A stretch of DNA of 20,000 nt from an uncultured virus (IMG/VR IMGVR_UViG_3300028833_000145) (taxonomy: Duplodnaviria > Heunggongvirae > Uroviricota > Caudoviricetes): IMG/VR virus record IMGVR_UViG_3300028833_000145; one strand, written 5' to 3'. Made by a program: the position numbers and the translations under genes. The notes beneath the pieces were generated by a model. That model worked only from the letters and a program-made list of their open reading frames with translations. It was not told the DNA's origin and did no database searches. This document shows, piece by piece, positions 8,032-16,307 of the stretch (position 1 is the stretch's first letter; the number at the start of each line of letters is the position of its first letter).

Positions 8032-8037
8032 TATTTA
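8032..8037 (-). promoter_or_regulatory. late promoter core TAAATA
   Basis: 27 nt upstream of the minus-strand ATG at 8004. No sigma70 repeat on this strand. Confidence 0.5.
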
Positions 8038-8090
8038 CCCCTAGAGTCTAGTTGCCAAGGCCACTTGCTCTTGATAGAATATCTAGCATC

Positions 8091-8357
8091 ATGAGTCGCT
8101 CTTATCGAAAGTACAAAGGCTTGAACCACACTTGGTCTGATACAAAGCAAGGCAAAGCCATCAAGAAGATCTCGCATCGCCAGATTCGAGCCAAAGCTAA
8201 AGCATCAGAAGATGGAGTTGAGCTTGCAAAGAAGTGTGCTCGAGGAAACCGCTATGATGGCAAGTCCTTCTCCGAATCTGACTATGAATACATGGCTTCC
8301 AAGAGATCTCATGGCTACTCTCCAAAGCGGGTCAAGCATAGGCTTCTAGGGAAGTGA
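8091..8357 (+). CDS. small basic hypothetical protein
   Basis: ATG 10 nt after the TAGAAT of promoter 8052. MSRSYRK start, K/R-rich. Confidence 0.75.
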   Translation: MSRSYRKYKGLNHTWSDTKQGKAIKKISHRQIRAKAKASEDGVELAKKCARGNRYDGKSFSESDYEYMASKRSHGYSPKRVKHRLLGK

Positions 8358-8412
8358 TTGCCAAATTCTTAGGTTTTTGATATAATGTTAGCTGAAAGGA
8401 CAACAAAGACCT

Positions 8413-9120
8413 ATGGCTAGATTTTGGACAAGTGATTTCCATCTGAACAGCACAGCAATCATCCAATATGCTGGGCGGCCTTTCAAGTCTGGGATGAAGA
8501 TGGCCGAAGCTTATGTGCGGTCTTGCAACCAGCAAGCTAGAGATCCTAATGACATGATAATCCATGTTGGTGACTTCTACTTGAAAGGCAAGGATCGCCA
8601 TGGCATTGGTGATGAAGGTCTCAAGATTCCTGCCAAGGAGTGGCTGAGCAAGATAAATGCTCAGGTGTTTCTGATTGAAGGAAACCATGATGACTCTAAC
8701 ATTGGCCACACCCATGCCAAGCAGCTGATTCTTGACCTTGGACCTTTCAAGAACACTTCAGTGTCACATTATCCTTCTACTGACAAGGGAACTTGGACAT
8801 TGAAAGGCTTTGACAAGGAGCATCTCCACATCCATCTCTGTGGTCATGTCCATGAGAAGTGGAAATGGAAGCTTGATCTCCAAGACAAGTTTGTGCTGAA
8901 CATCAATGTTGGTGTTGACCAGTGGAAGCAGCAGATAGTGTCAGAGAAGAAGTTGATTGGCTATATCAGTTCACTTCTCCACTCTCAGGAGCTCAGAGAT
9001 CAGCTCTATCCTGAAGCTGCAGCTCTTGCTAAGAGCATGGCTCCGTGTCTGCCTAGCAAATGGGGTGATGATCCTGCTGAGATGACCTGGACTCCTGGCG
9101 AGCCAAGTGAGAAGTGGTGA
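8413..9120 (+). CDS. calcineurin-like metallophosphoesterase
   Basis: Motifs SDFH, VGD, GNHD, SHYP, GHVH and NVGVD. Confidence 0.9.
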   Translation: MARFWTSDFHLNSTAIIQYAGRPFKSGMKMAEAYVRSCNQQARDPNDMIIHVGDFYLKGKDRHGIGDEGLKIPAKEWLSKINAQVFLIEGNHDDSNIGHTHAKQLILDLGPFKNTSVSHYPSTDKGTWTLKGFDKEHLHIHLCGHVHEKWKWKLDLQDKFVLNINVGVDQWKQQIVSEKKLIGYISSLLHSQELRDQLYPEAAALAKSMAPCLPSKWGDDPAEMTWTPGEPSEKW

Positions 9121-9181
9121 TAGGTTGCCAAGACCTCATTGCTTTGATATAATTCTGTGCGTAAATAGGAGATGAACAGCT

Positions 9182-10519
9182 ATGAACACACTATTTGCAA
9201 AGCACATACTTTCAGTTCCTACCATCTCTGGCAAGGAAGATTTCTTCATTGACTGCATCAAGAAGTGGTGCAAGATTGTAGGAATTCGAGTAGATCAAGA
9301 TGGCAAAGGAAACCTCTACTTGAGAAAAGGTGACTGTGATGGCAAGGATTGGGTTCCTTGTCTTTGCTCTCATCTTGACACTGTCCACAGAAAGTATCTT
9401 CCTTACATCCAGAGAAAAGAGCTTCTTCCAGTCCAGATTGATGGAGATCGTCTCTTCATCAATGGCATGGGAATTGGTGCTGACTGCAAAGCTGGTGTGG
9501 CAATCTGCCTCAGTGTCATGAGAAAAGTCAAGAGGTGCAAGTGTGCACTCTTTGTTGAGGAAGAGACCGGCATGCAGGGTTCCAGAGCTCTTGACAAGTC
9601 ATTCTTTGACAATGTCAGTTATGTTCTCTCTTGGGACTCTCCAGGTGGAAACCGTGCTACAAAGACTTCTTCTGGTGTTCCAATGTTCACTGATGAATTC
9701 TTCAAGATCATCGAGCCTATCTACAAAGGCCATGGTGTGACCAACTGGAAGCATGAGCCATTCACAGACACGGTGCAGATCGTCAAGCAGCTTGGAATCT
9801 GCTGTGTGAACTGCAAGAATGGTGGAGGAATGAATGCTCACACCGACAAAGAAGATGCTAGCATATCTGAGATGAATGACTCTGAGCAGCTCTGTTTGGA
9901 TGCATTAGACAAGATTCCTTGTGACAGGAAGTGGGAGATCAAGTATGAAGAGCCGAAGTGGGAGCCTTCTAAGTGGCACAACACGGGCAAGAGCTATGGC
10001 AGCAAGCTGAGCCATGAGCCGGATCTTGACAATGATGATGAAGACTTTGGAAGCTATGTAGATGAGCTCTTTGGACTAGATGGTGAAGACTCATGGGAGA
10101 ACCATGATGACACAGAGATGTGCCAGTTTGAGTTCACCTATGATGATGAAGATCAGTTCAAGTTGCACAAAGAGCTGTGTGAGCAAGAAGATTTGCCAGT
10201 TACATTCACTGGATTCAGCGAAGTTCGTGGAACTGCTACAGCTGAAGGTGAGCTTCAAAGCATAAAAGATGCTTATGTCTTGTGGTATCAGATCTTCTAT
10301 GATGACCCATCAGTCAAGACTTGGGAGCGGCTTGAAGCTATGGATGACCTCACAGAGTTCAGTGATGGCATCATCTTTCTAGAGGGCTTAGAAGACATTG
10401 AGAGTGTAGATGATGTCCGACCAGAAGATCTTGATGATGATGAAGAGGATGAAAAAGAAGAAAAAGAGAAGAATCCTCAGCAGATGGACCTGTTTGACTG
10501 GATAGATGGACAAAAGTGA
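9182..10519 (+). CDS. M20/M28-like zinc peptidase with long acidic C-terminal extension
   Basis: SHLDTVH, GADCKAG, EEETG, SWD and AHTDKE metal-ligand pattern. The C-terminal ~170 aa are very D/E-rich. Confidence 0.85.
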   Translation: MNTLFAKHILSVPTISGKEDFFIDCIKKWCKIVGIRVDQDGKGNLYLRKGDCDGKDWVPCLCSHLDTVHRKYLPYIQRKELLPVQIDGDRLFINGMGIGADCKAGVAICLSVMRKVKRCKCALFVEEETGMQGSRALDKSFFDNVSYVLSWDSPGGNRATKTSSGVPMFTDEFFKIIEPIYKGHGVTNWKHEPFTDTVQIVKQLGICCVNCKNGGGMNAHTDKEDASISEMNDSEQLCLDALDKIPCDRKWEIKYEEPKWEPSKWHNTGKSYGSKLSHEPDLDNDDEDFGSYVDELFGLDGEDSWENHDDTEMCQFEFTYDDEDQFKLHKELCEQEDLPVTFTGFSEVRGTATAEGELQSIKDAYVLWYQIFYDDPSVKTWERLEAMDDLTEFSDGIIFLEGLEDIESVDDVRPEDLDDDEEDEKEEKEKNPQQMDLFDWIDGQK

Positions 10520-10585
10520 CATGATTGCCAAATCTTCTTTGATTTGATATAATTGCTTCACCAACAACTAATTGAAAGGATTGTC

Positions 10586-10837
10586 ATGGCAAAATCTACT
10601 TTGACTCCTAAGTCTTTGATGACTTATGCTGACACATTCAAGATGCTTTCCAAGAGACTTGAAGAGATTGCTAATGTTGCAAAGAAGCAAAGAACTCGTG
10701 TTGACAAAGTGAGGGTTGAAGATCCAGATGGTCCAGAAGGTTTTGGTGAGACACTTGAAGAGATCAAAGGGACATTTGACAGTGTAAGTGAAGATTTCTC
10801 TGAAGGCATCTATTGGACAGTCAATTGCCAATGCTGA
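10586..10837 (+). CDS. hypothetical protein
   Basis: Promoter at 10525, SD GAAAGGA, ATG 10586. Confidence 0.75.
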   Translation: MAKSTLTPKSLMTYADTFKMLSKRLEEIANVAKKQRTRVDKVRVEDPDGPEGFGETLEEIKGTFDSVSEDFSEGIYWTVNCQC

Positions 10838-10892
10838 CAAGTCTTGATATAATTGTCTCATCAACAAACCACTAAGTGAAAGGAAATTGACA

Positions 10893-11084
10893 ATGCCACA
10901 AACACAAGCTCAATTGAATGCATGCATGTCAATTGCCCACCAGTTGCCAGCTATTGCAAAGCAGCTGAGGATTGCAAACCAGCTCAAGGCGCTCGAGCTC
11001 AAGCGAGCAGCTGATCCATCGGTGAAAGCACCGTATGAGTGGACTGCAGAGATTGATCGAATCATTGCTGACCAAAAAGGATGA
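10893..11084 (+). CDS. hypothetical protein
   Basis: Promoter at 10825, SD GAAAGGA. Confidence 0.75.
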   Translation: MPQTQAQLNACMSIAHQLPAIAKQLRIANQLKALELKRAADPSVKAPYEWTAEIDRIIADQKG

Positions 11085-11091
11085 GACAACT

Positions 11092-11565
11092 ATGGAGAAG
11101 AAAATGACATTTGATGATCTCAAGAAAGAGAGCTACCTCTTAGTATTCATGTTGAATCATGAAGCTTCTGACTTAGATCCTTTCATGATCCAAGTAAGTG
11201 GATTGAACTTCATCCAGTATGGAGGAACCAAGAATACTAGCTCTCTTCGGACAATGCTCCAGACTCTGAAGAGGAAGAACTTTGTCATCAATGTGTTTCC
11301 TGGAGCGTGGATGTTGACAAAGCAGGGAAAGAAAGAAGCTGAATACTGGCAGAAGAAGTGTGGACAAGAGCCGGTCAAGCATGTTTCTCTTGTTGAGAAG
11401 GACGCAGTTGAAGCCAGTCTTGAAGACCAGCTTGAGAAAGCTAGAGTAGAGCTTCAGATGGCTAAGCACACAAATGAATACTTGGATGAGCAGGTCCAGA
11501 TTCTCAGAGAAGAGAACTCTAAGCTCAAAGAGAAGATTGCTCTCGTCCAAAAAGTCATATCCTGA
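11092..11565 (+). CDS. hypothetical protein, possible winged helix plus coiled coil
   Basis: SD AAGGA. L-x-x-L-x-x-K-x-F-V...W-x-L-T-x-x-G resembles a wHTH wing. C-terminal heptads. Confidence 0.7.
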   Translation: MEKKMTFDDLKKESYLLVFMLNHEASDLDPFMIQVSGLNFIQYGGTKNTSSLRTMLQTLKRKNFVINVFPGAWMLTKQGKKEAEYWQKKCGQEPVKHVSLVEKDAVEASLEDQLEKARVELQMAKHTNEYLDEQVQILREENSKLKEKIALVQKVIS

Positions 11566-11588
11566 GATTTTTGACTAGTTAGTGAGCC

Positions 11589-11635
11589 AGAGCTAGCCTC
11601 TACGCGAAAAGCGGAATTCTGAGGCTGGCTCTTTT
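11589..11635 (+). terminator. probable intrinsic terminator
   Basis: AGAGCTAGCCTC ... GAGGCTGGCTCT followed by TTT. Confidence 0.55.
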
Positions 11636-11670
11636 AGCAGTGAGAGCCTAGACAGCCTCAAGCTTCCTAG

Positions 11671-11676
11671 TAAATA
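11671..11676 (+). promoter_or_regulatory. late promoter core TAAATA
   Basis: 30 nt upstream of the TAG-containing ORF 11707, directly after a terminator. Confidence 0.5.
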
Positions 11677-11706
11677 ATTCTCATTGAAGGATGATATAGA
11701 CAAGAC

Positions 11707-11931
11707 ATGCAGATAAAGCTTGAGTATTCTAATGTTCTCAAAGATGGGAAATTTGAGTTCACCGGAGAAGTTGAGACTGTTGCTGATGCCGTCAAATAGG
11801 TTGTAGAGTCATTTGATGAGAAGTTCAATCCAGCTAATCTTGACTTTGAGCATGTATATGCAGATGGAGTTGACTTAGGAATAGATGGTCTCTACCAGGC
11901 TGAGATTGCTTTGAAAGAATACTATATCTAA
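11707..11931 (+). CDS. hypothetical acidic protein (74 aa) with one in-frame TAG
   Basis: MQIKLEYSNVLKDGKFEFTGEVETVADAVK*VVESFDEKFNPANLDFEHVYADGVDLGIDGLYQAEIALKEYYI then TAA. TAG at 11797-11799. Fills an otherwise empty gap. Confidence 0.7.
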
Positions 11932-12016
11932 GCTAAACATAAAAATTTGATAGTTTTTGGATGCAGGTTGCCAAAATCTGCATTTTTTGTTATTATTGAC
12001 AAGATAGGTGAACACT

Positions 12017-12400
12017 ATGAATGATTTGAGGACATGCAAATCTCCAATTGTTGAGATTCATGAGAGAGTTCCAGCACCAAGACCAGGAACATCTTTCAAT
12101 CAAGAGACAAAGCTTGAGAGATTCTACAAGCCTGAGAAGATGAGAACTGCACTCTTCAAGATGGAGCAGTTCTATCTGATTTGGCAAGATGACCGGACAG
12201 ATGAGAAGCACAAGAAAGCTGCTAAGGCACTGTTTGAGCATTATCGTCGTCTTGCTCTCTGCATTCTAGCTAAGGAAGTCTCTGTTGAAGAGATGAATGT
12301 TGAGAGAGTGCTGACATCTTCTTACATTGACACTATGTTCATTGACTTCAATCCTTATCTTGATGCCAGCATTGTTGCTAAGGCAGAGAAGACATCATGA
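12017..12400 (+). CDS. hypothetical protein
   Basis: Promoter at 11968, SD AGGTG before ATG 12017 (alternative GTG 12008). Confidence 0.75.
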   Translation: MNDLRTCKSPIVEIHERVPAPRPGTSFNQETKLERFYKPEKMRTALFKMEQFYLIWQDDRTDEKHKKAAKALFEHYRRLALCILAKEVSVEEMNVERVLTSSYIDTMFIDFNPYLDASIVAKAEKTS

Positions 12401-12636
12401 TTCTGGGCTACAGCAATCTCGACAGCTTCGTCTATGATTGCTTTGTCGAGAAGGAGAAAAGCAAGATCAAGCCTTCTTTCTGGTGGTTGAAGGGCAAAGA
12501 GATCTGTGTTCAAGGCGCTGATGTCTATGATGAGATCCGTGACATTGCATTTGGAGACTCGCCAGAAGAGCTTCTTCTCTGGGCAAAGGTTCATGGATTT
12601 GACATTGCTAATGATGCCGAAGATTTGATAGAATAG
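12397..12636 (+). CDS. hypothetical protein with C-terminal SPEELxxW motif
   Basis: ATGA overlap with the previous gene. Ends in TAG. Confidence 0.7.
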   Translation: MILGYSNLDSFVYDCFVEKEKSKIKPSFWWLKGKEICVQGADVYDEIRDIAFGDSPEELLLWAKVHGFDIANDAEDLIE

Positions 12637-12644
12637 CAAGTGCT

Positions 12645-12947
12645 ATGGCAAAGCTAGCTTACAAAGACATGCTCAAAGATGATGAGATTGAGCTCTTCAT
12701 CAGAACATATTGCACTTTTCGTGATAGCTGGAGACTTGAACGAGGAAGATCTCCAGATCCTTTTTGGCCAGAATATTGCTGGTGGCTCAGCACTAGAGAT
12801 CGAGGCTCTATAGCCGCACTTGACTTGAAGTCAATCTTGAAAGAAATACTCAGAGCTGATCGAAGAGTCTTTCACACTTGGAAGAGTCCAGCTGAGATGA
12901 GAATCTGGTTTGACTTGAACAAGATTGCCAAGATGTCGGAGCTTTGA
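12645..12947 (+). CDS. hypothetical protein with C-terminal SPAEMxxWxDL motif
   Basis: ORF tiling. Its stop lies inside promoter 12925. Confidence 0.7.
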   Translation: MAKLAYKDMLKDDEIELFIRTYCTFRDSWRLERGRSPDPFWPEYCWWLSTRDRGSIAALDLKSILKEILRADRRVFHTWKSPAEMRIWFDLNKIAKMSEL

Positions 12948-12990
12948 TATAATTCTAGATGTCAACAATCACTAAGAGAGGAAGAAAGAA

Positions 12991-13194
12991 ATGGCTGATC
13001 CTAAACCACTGAATGTCTCATTCTATGCTTCCGGGTATGGCACCAAGAGATACACTTACAAGAGCCGTGAAGAGCTCATGCGAGATGTTGAAGGAACTGC
13101 AGCAGAGCATGAAGGAACAGTCCAAGACTATGGCGATGAGCTGGTTGTAGTTGATCCTAGTGGAGAAGAAGTTGCAAGATGGGAAGTTCTCTAA
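12991..13194 (+). CDS. hypothetical protein
   Basis: Promoter at 12925, SD GAGGA. Confidence 0.75.
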   Translation: MADPKPLNVSFYASGYGTKRYTYKSREELMRDVEGTAAEHEGTVQDYGDELVVVDPSGEEVARWEVL

Positions 13195-13256
13195 GATGAC
13201 TATTTCCAGGTTCATCTAGCTTTGATATAGCAGTTTCACTAAATTAAGGAGAAGTC

Positions 13257-13457
13257 ATGTCAAGATCTGCAAAGTCTACTGGTCTCAGTTGTCTTGGTGT
13301 TGTTGGAATTATTTTCATTGTTCTCAAGCTTCTAGCTGTTCCACCTGTTGCTTCATGGTCTTGGATTTGGGTTCTCTGTCCATTCTGGATAGGACTTGCA
13401 CTTGACCTTGTGTTGATTATCATTGGTCTCATTCTGATTTGGATAGCAAGTAGATGA
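13257..13457 (+). CDS. small two-TM membrane protein
   Basis: SD TAAGGAG. I-V-L-K-L...W-S-W-x-W-V-L-x-P-x-W pattern, which I recall from a small phage membrane-protein family. Confidence 0.8.
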   Translation: MSRSAKSTGLSCLGVVGIIFIVLKLLAVPPVASWSWIWVLCPFWIGLALDLVLIIIGLILIWIASR

Positions 13458-13536
13458 AGTTGCAACAAGTGGTGAGTTGCTAAAAGTGGAAAGTCTTGAT
13501 ATAATTTTCTGCACAACCACTTGAAAGGATTCAACA

Positions 13537-13707
13537 ATGCCTAAGAATTCACGTAACAAGATCATTAGCTTCATTGAAGATGGACTTCTTGACTGGGAGA
13601 TGGTTTGTCGTGAATGCCTTCAACGGATGAATGTTGATGAGATCGATGACATGATTCGTGAGTGTGATTGGGATGATGACCATCCTTGCTGTGGGCACTC
13701 TTGTTGA
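13537..13707 (+). CDS. hypothetical protein (56 aa)
   Basis: Promoter at 13477, SD GAAAGGA. MPKNSRNKIISFIEDGLLDWEMVCRECLQRMNVDEIDDMIRECDW... Confidence 0.7.
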   Translation: MPKNSRNKIISFIEDGLLDWEMVCRECLQRMNVDEIDDMIRECDWDDDHPCCGHSC

Positions 13708-13712
13708 CAAGG

Positions 13713-13940
13713 ATGGCAGTCTATCCACAGTTCAAGTATGACCCAAGGATTCACCGACCTTGGCTAGAGAAGATGTCTGACTCTGAGTGGTGGAGAATCA
13801 GGTCAGTGAACTATTGTACTGTTGGGTGGCAGCCAGGAGAAAGTTATGTTGACATTGCCTACTCAGACAATCCAGAAGAACTCATTTTGTGGGCAGATTT
13901 GAATGGTGTGCCTATTGCCAAGCCAAAGAAGTTTTGTTAG
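13713..13940 (+). CDS. hypothetical protein with C-terminal NPEELxxWxDL motif
   Basis: ATG 13713 follows the previous stop. Its terminal TAG is part of the next promoter's -10. Confidence 0.7.
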   Translation: MAVYPQFKYDPRIHRPWLEKMSDSEWWRIRSVNYCTVGWQPGESYVDIAYSDNPEELILWADLNGVPIAKPKKFC

Positions 13941-13953
13941 AATTAGAAGTGCT

Positions 13954-14355
13954 ATGAGATTGAATCTCTTCAGAGGTGAGCCAGGAGCGGGGAAGTCGAG
14001 CGCTGCTCAGCGCATGTTTCCTGGAGTTCTGCTCGTGGAAAATGACATGTTCCACATGAAGGATGGTCGCTACCAGTGGAGCAAAGAGAACATGCCTAAG
14101 GCGATCTCATGGTGTGTCAGCATGGTGAGAACTGCCCTTGAGAATGGGCTTGACGTATGTGTTGCAAATACGTTCACAAAGAGGAAGTTTGTAGAAGCAT
14201 ACAAGAAGATTGCTGAAGAGTTTGGTGCAGAGTTCCGTGTCTATAGATGTGTAGGACATTTCCAGAACCAACATGGACTCTCTGAAGGCATGGTAGCCGG
14301 ATTCCAGAAGGCAATGGAAGACTGGCCTGGAGAAACTGTTGTTGAGTCGGTTTGA
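13954..14355 (+). CDS. P-loop kinase (AAA_33 / polynucleotide-kinase-like)
   Basis: Walker A GEPGAGKS, then END and V-x-V-A-N-T-F, and QNQHG. Confidence 0.85.
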   Translation: MRLNLFRGEPGAGKSSAAQRMFPGVLLVENDMFHMKDGRYQWSKENMPKAISWCVSMVRTALENGLDVCVANTFTKRKFVEAYKKIAEEFGAEFRVYRCVGHFQNQHGLSEGMVAGFQKAMEDWPGETVVESV

Positions 14356-14412
14356 GCTGCCTGTAGTGATTCCAGGTTGCCAAATCTAAATAGTTTTGAT
14401 ATAATTCCAAGC

Positions 14413-14598
14413 ATGAAAAACAACCAAACCACAAAAACCACCAAATCATCCACATCTCGTGCTTGCTTCAACTTCTTGAAGTCAATGTATCGCCAAGCTC
14501 CTTTGCCTAAGACGGAGCTTGAAGAACTCAAGACCTTGGCTAAGAAATACAATCCAAAGATGGCCGACTACTTGGAGAAAAATCCAGAACTTTGCTAA
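14413..14598 (+). CDS. hypothetical protein (probably leaderless)
   Basis: ATG 7 nt after the -10 of promoter 14377. Confidence 0.7.
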   Translation: MKNNQTTKTTKSSTSRACFNFLKSMYRQAPLPKTELEELKTLAKKYNPKMADYLEKNPELC

Positions 14599-14677
14599 AA
14601 ACTGAATTGCCAAATCCAAGAAGCTTTGATATAATTTCAACCGTCAACCACCAACCACAAACGAAAGGAAACAAACA

Positions 14678-14932
14678 ATGAATAAGATTACCGAATCCCG
14701 CCAGTCCGAGCTCACCACCCTTGCCGCTCAGGTCCAGAAGACCATTGCCGCGTCCACTAAGCATGGGGTCTGGCAGCGCTCCTATCCAGAGGAGCAGCCC
14801 ACTAAGGAGTCCATTCGCCGCTCCATTCCTTGGTCCTGGATTGGTCTGACTGATTGTGATGAGATCAATTATGTGATGGACATTGTCTATCCTAAGCTTC
14901 GCAAGAATGGGATTCTCGCCAAGCTCCGCTAA
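14678..14932 (+). CDS. hypothetical protein, paralog of 976..1251
   Basis: Promoter at 14607, SD GAAAGGA. Confidence 0.85.
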   Translation: MNKITESRQSELTTLAAQVQKTIAASTKHGVWQRSYPEEQPTKESIRRSIPWSWIGLTDCDEINYVMDIVYPKLRKNGILAKLR

Positions 14933-14968
14933 GGAGCTTGGTTGCCAACAACAATCTAGGAGAGTCAA

Positions 14969-15121
14969 ATGAAGAAGACTTGCTGCATTTGTGGAGAGAC
15001 TTTTGAAGGACATGGCAACAATGCTGCCCCAGTCAAGGATGGGGCTTGTTGTGACAAGTGCAATCTGGAGAAAGTCATTCCAGCAAGAATAGATCTAGTT
15101 GCCAAGTCCAAGAAGCTTTGA
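14969..15121 (+). CDS. small zinc-finger-like protein (50 aa)
   Basis: MKKTCCICGETFEGHGNNAAPVKDGACCDKCNLEKVIPARIDLVAKSKKL, with two CxxC pairs. SD AGGAG. Confidence 0.8.
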   Translation: MKKTCCICGETFEGHGNNAAPVKDGACCDKCNLEKVIPARIDLVAKSKKL

Positions 15122-15162
15122 TATAATTTCTCCTGTCATTAACCACTGAAGGAGAACAATCA

Positions 15163-15480
15163 ATGGACATAAACCAACTTCGCATCCAGACAGCTAATGC
15201 TCGTGCCTCTAGAGAGGCTACTGAAGACAAAGAGTTCAATGACAGTCCACTTCGTGAATATATTGATGGCTTGATAGCTAAAGCTTCTAAGCGTGGAGAG
15301 TCTAAGATATCACCAAACTTCTATTGCCTGAAAGAGGATGTGCTTGGTGAGAAGTATGGTGGACCTTCTATTGACACTGCAATTAGGCACTACAACAGTG
15401 AGGGGTTTCATGCATACTCAAAAAGCTGGTGCTCGCCTAATGGCTATGGCAACACAAGCTTGATAATCTCTTGGGAGTAG
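15163..15480 (+). CDS. hypothetical protein
   Basis: Promoter at 15099, SD AAGGAG. Ends in TAG abutting the next -35. Confidence 0.8.
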   Translation: MDINQLRIQTANARASREATEDKEFNDSPLREYIDGLIAKASKRGESKISPNFYCLKEDVLGEKYGGPSIDTAIRHYNSEGFHAYSKSWCSPNGYGNTSLIISWE

Positions 15481-15559
15481 TTGCCAAGAACAAGAAGTCT
15501 TGATATAATTGACAGCGTAAACCACGAACAACAACCACTAAACCGAAAGGAATAAAGCA

Positions 15560-15889
15560 ATGGCTAAGAAAACCGATACCGCCGTCTCCAATGTCCTCAT
15601 CACCGAGGAGCTCCTCCCTATCTATAAGCAGTATGTTGAGGCCCAGCAGGCTAAGGCTGCCGCTGAGGACACTATCAACCGCCTCAAAGGGAAGATCATT
15701 GAGTTCCACAAGACGAATGGTGTGGCTCGAATTCAGGACAAGGGATTCAGCTCTACTCTCAGTGAAGGTCATCGGGACACCTTGCTGAAGGATGTGATTG
15801 AAGCGAAGTTTGGGAAGCTCCCACCTGAGTGCGTGAAGACTACGGTCTATGACCAGATCAGAGTGAGTGGTTCTCTGATCAATGGGTGA
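15560..15889 (+). CDS. hypothetical protein
   Basis: Promoter at 15481, SD GAAAGGA. Confidence 0.85.
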   Translation: MAKKTDTAVSNVLITEELLPIYKQYVEAQQAKAAAEDTINRLKGKIIEFHKTNGVARIQDKGFSSTLSEGHRDTLLKDVIEAKFGKLPPECVKTTVYDQIRVSGSLING

Positions 15890-16008
15890 TGCACTCTGCC
15901 TGGACCTCTTGGTGATTGGATGAAAATAAAGAGGAAAGTTGCCAAGAGGTCCAGGCTTTGATAGAATCTAAACTATAAACAACTCACTAACTAACTGAAA
16001 GGTCTAAG

Positions 16009-16236
16009 ATGGCTAAGTCAAGCTACAACTCTGGTTCAAGCTACAAGTTCTACAACATGGGCAAGCGCGGTCTTGAATATCCTGTGATGTGTGGAAAGGG
16101 TGTTGCAATCCCTGAAGGCACTACTGGTGTGCGAATTGCCTTTGGTCAGTCACATCTTCGCCGTTGGGATGAAGAGAAGCAGAAGTTTGTCCCGATGAAT
16201 GTCTATCTCTGGAAGGGGAAGCTCATTCACGCCTAA
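16009..16236 (+). CDS. hypothetical protein
   Basis: Promoter at 15939, SD GAAAGG. Confidence 0.8.
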   Translation: MAKSSYNSGSSYKFYNMGKRGLEYPVMCGKGVAIPEGTTGVRIAFGQSHLRRWDEEKQKFVPMNVYLWKGKLIHA

Positions 16237-16307
16237 GTGACAGCCTTTGGATTGCCACAGCCTCAAGCTTTTGAGACTGTGGTGATCCTAACAGAGGAGA
16301 AACTCAA

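Noticed and set aside
9162..9167. TAAATA upstream of the peptidase (also 14387) as a late promoter
   Set aside because: It overlaps the leader/SD or spacer of a sigma70 promoter and may be chance, so it was not called.
394..14412. TTG starts given by the track at 394, 3002, 8052 and 14377 (MP...FDII-type N-termini)
   Set aside because: They are translations of the promoter itself (TTGCCA...TTTGATATAATT), so the apparent shared N-terminal motif is an artefact.
14942..14947. TTGCCA as another promoter copy
   Set aside because: No -10 box at 16-18 nt spacing; at most a relic.
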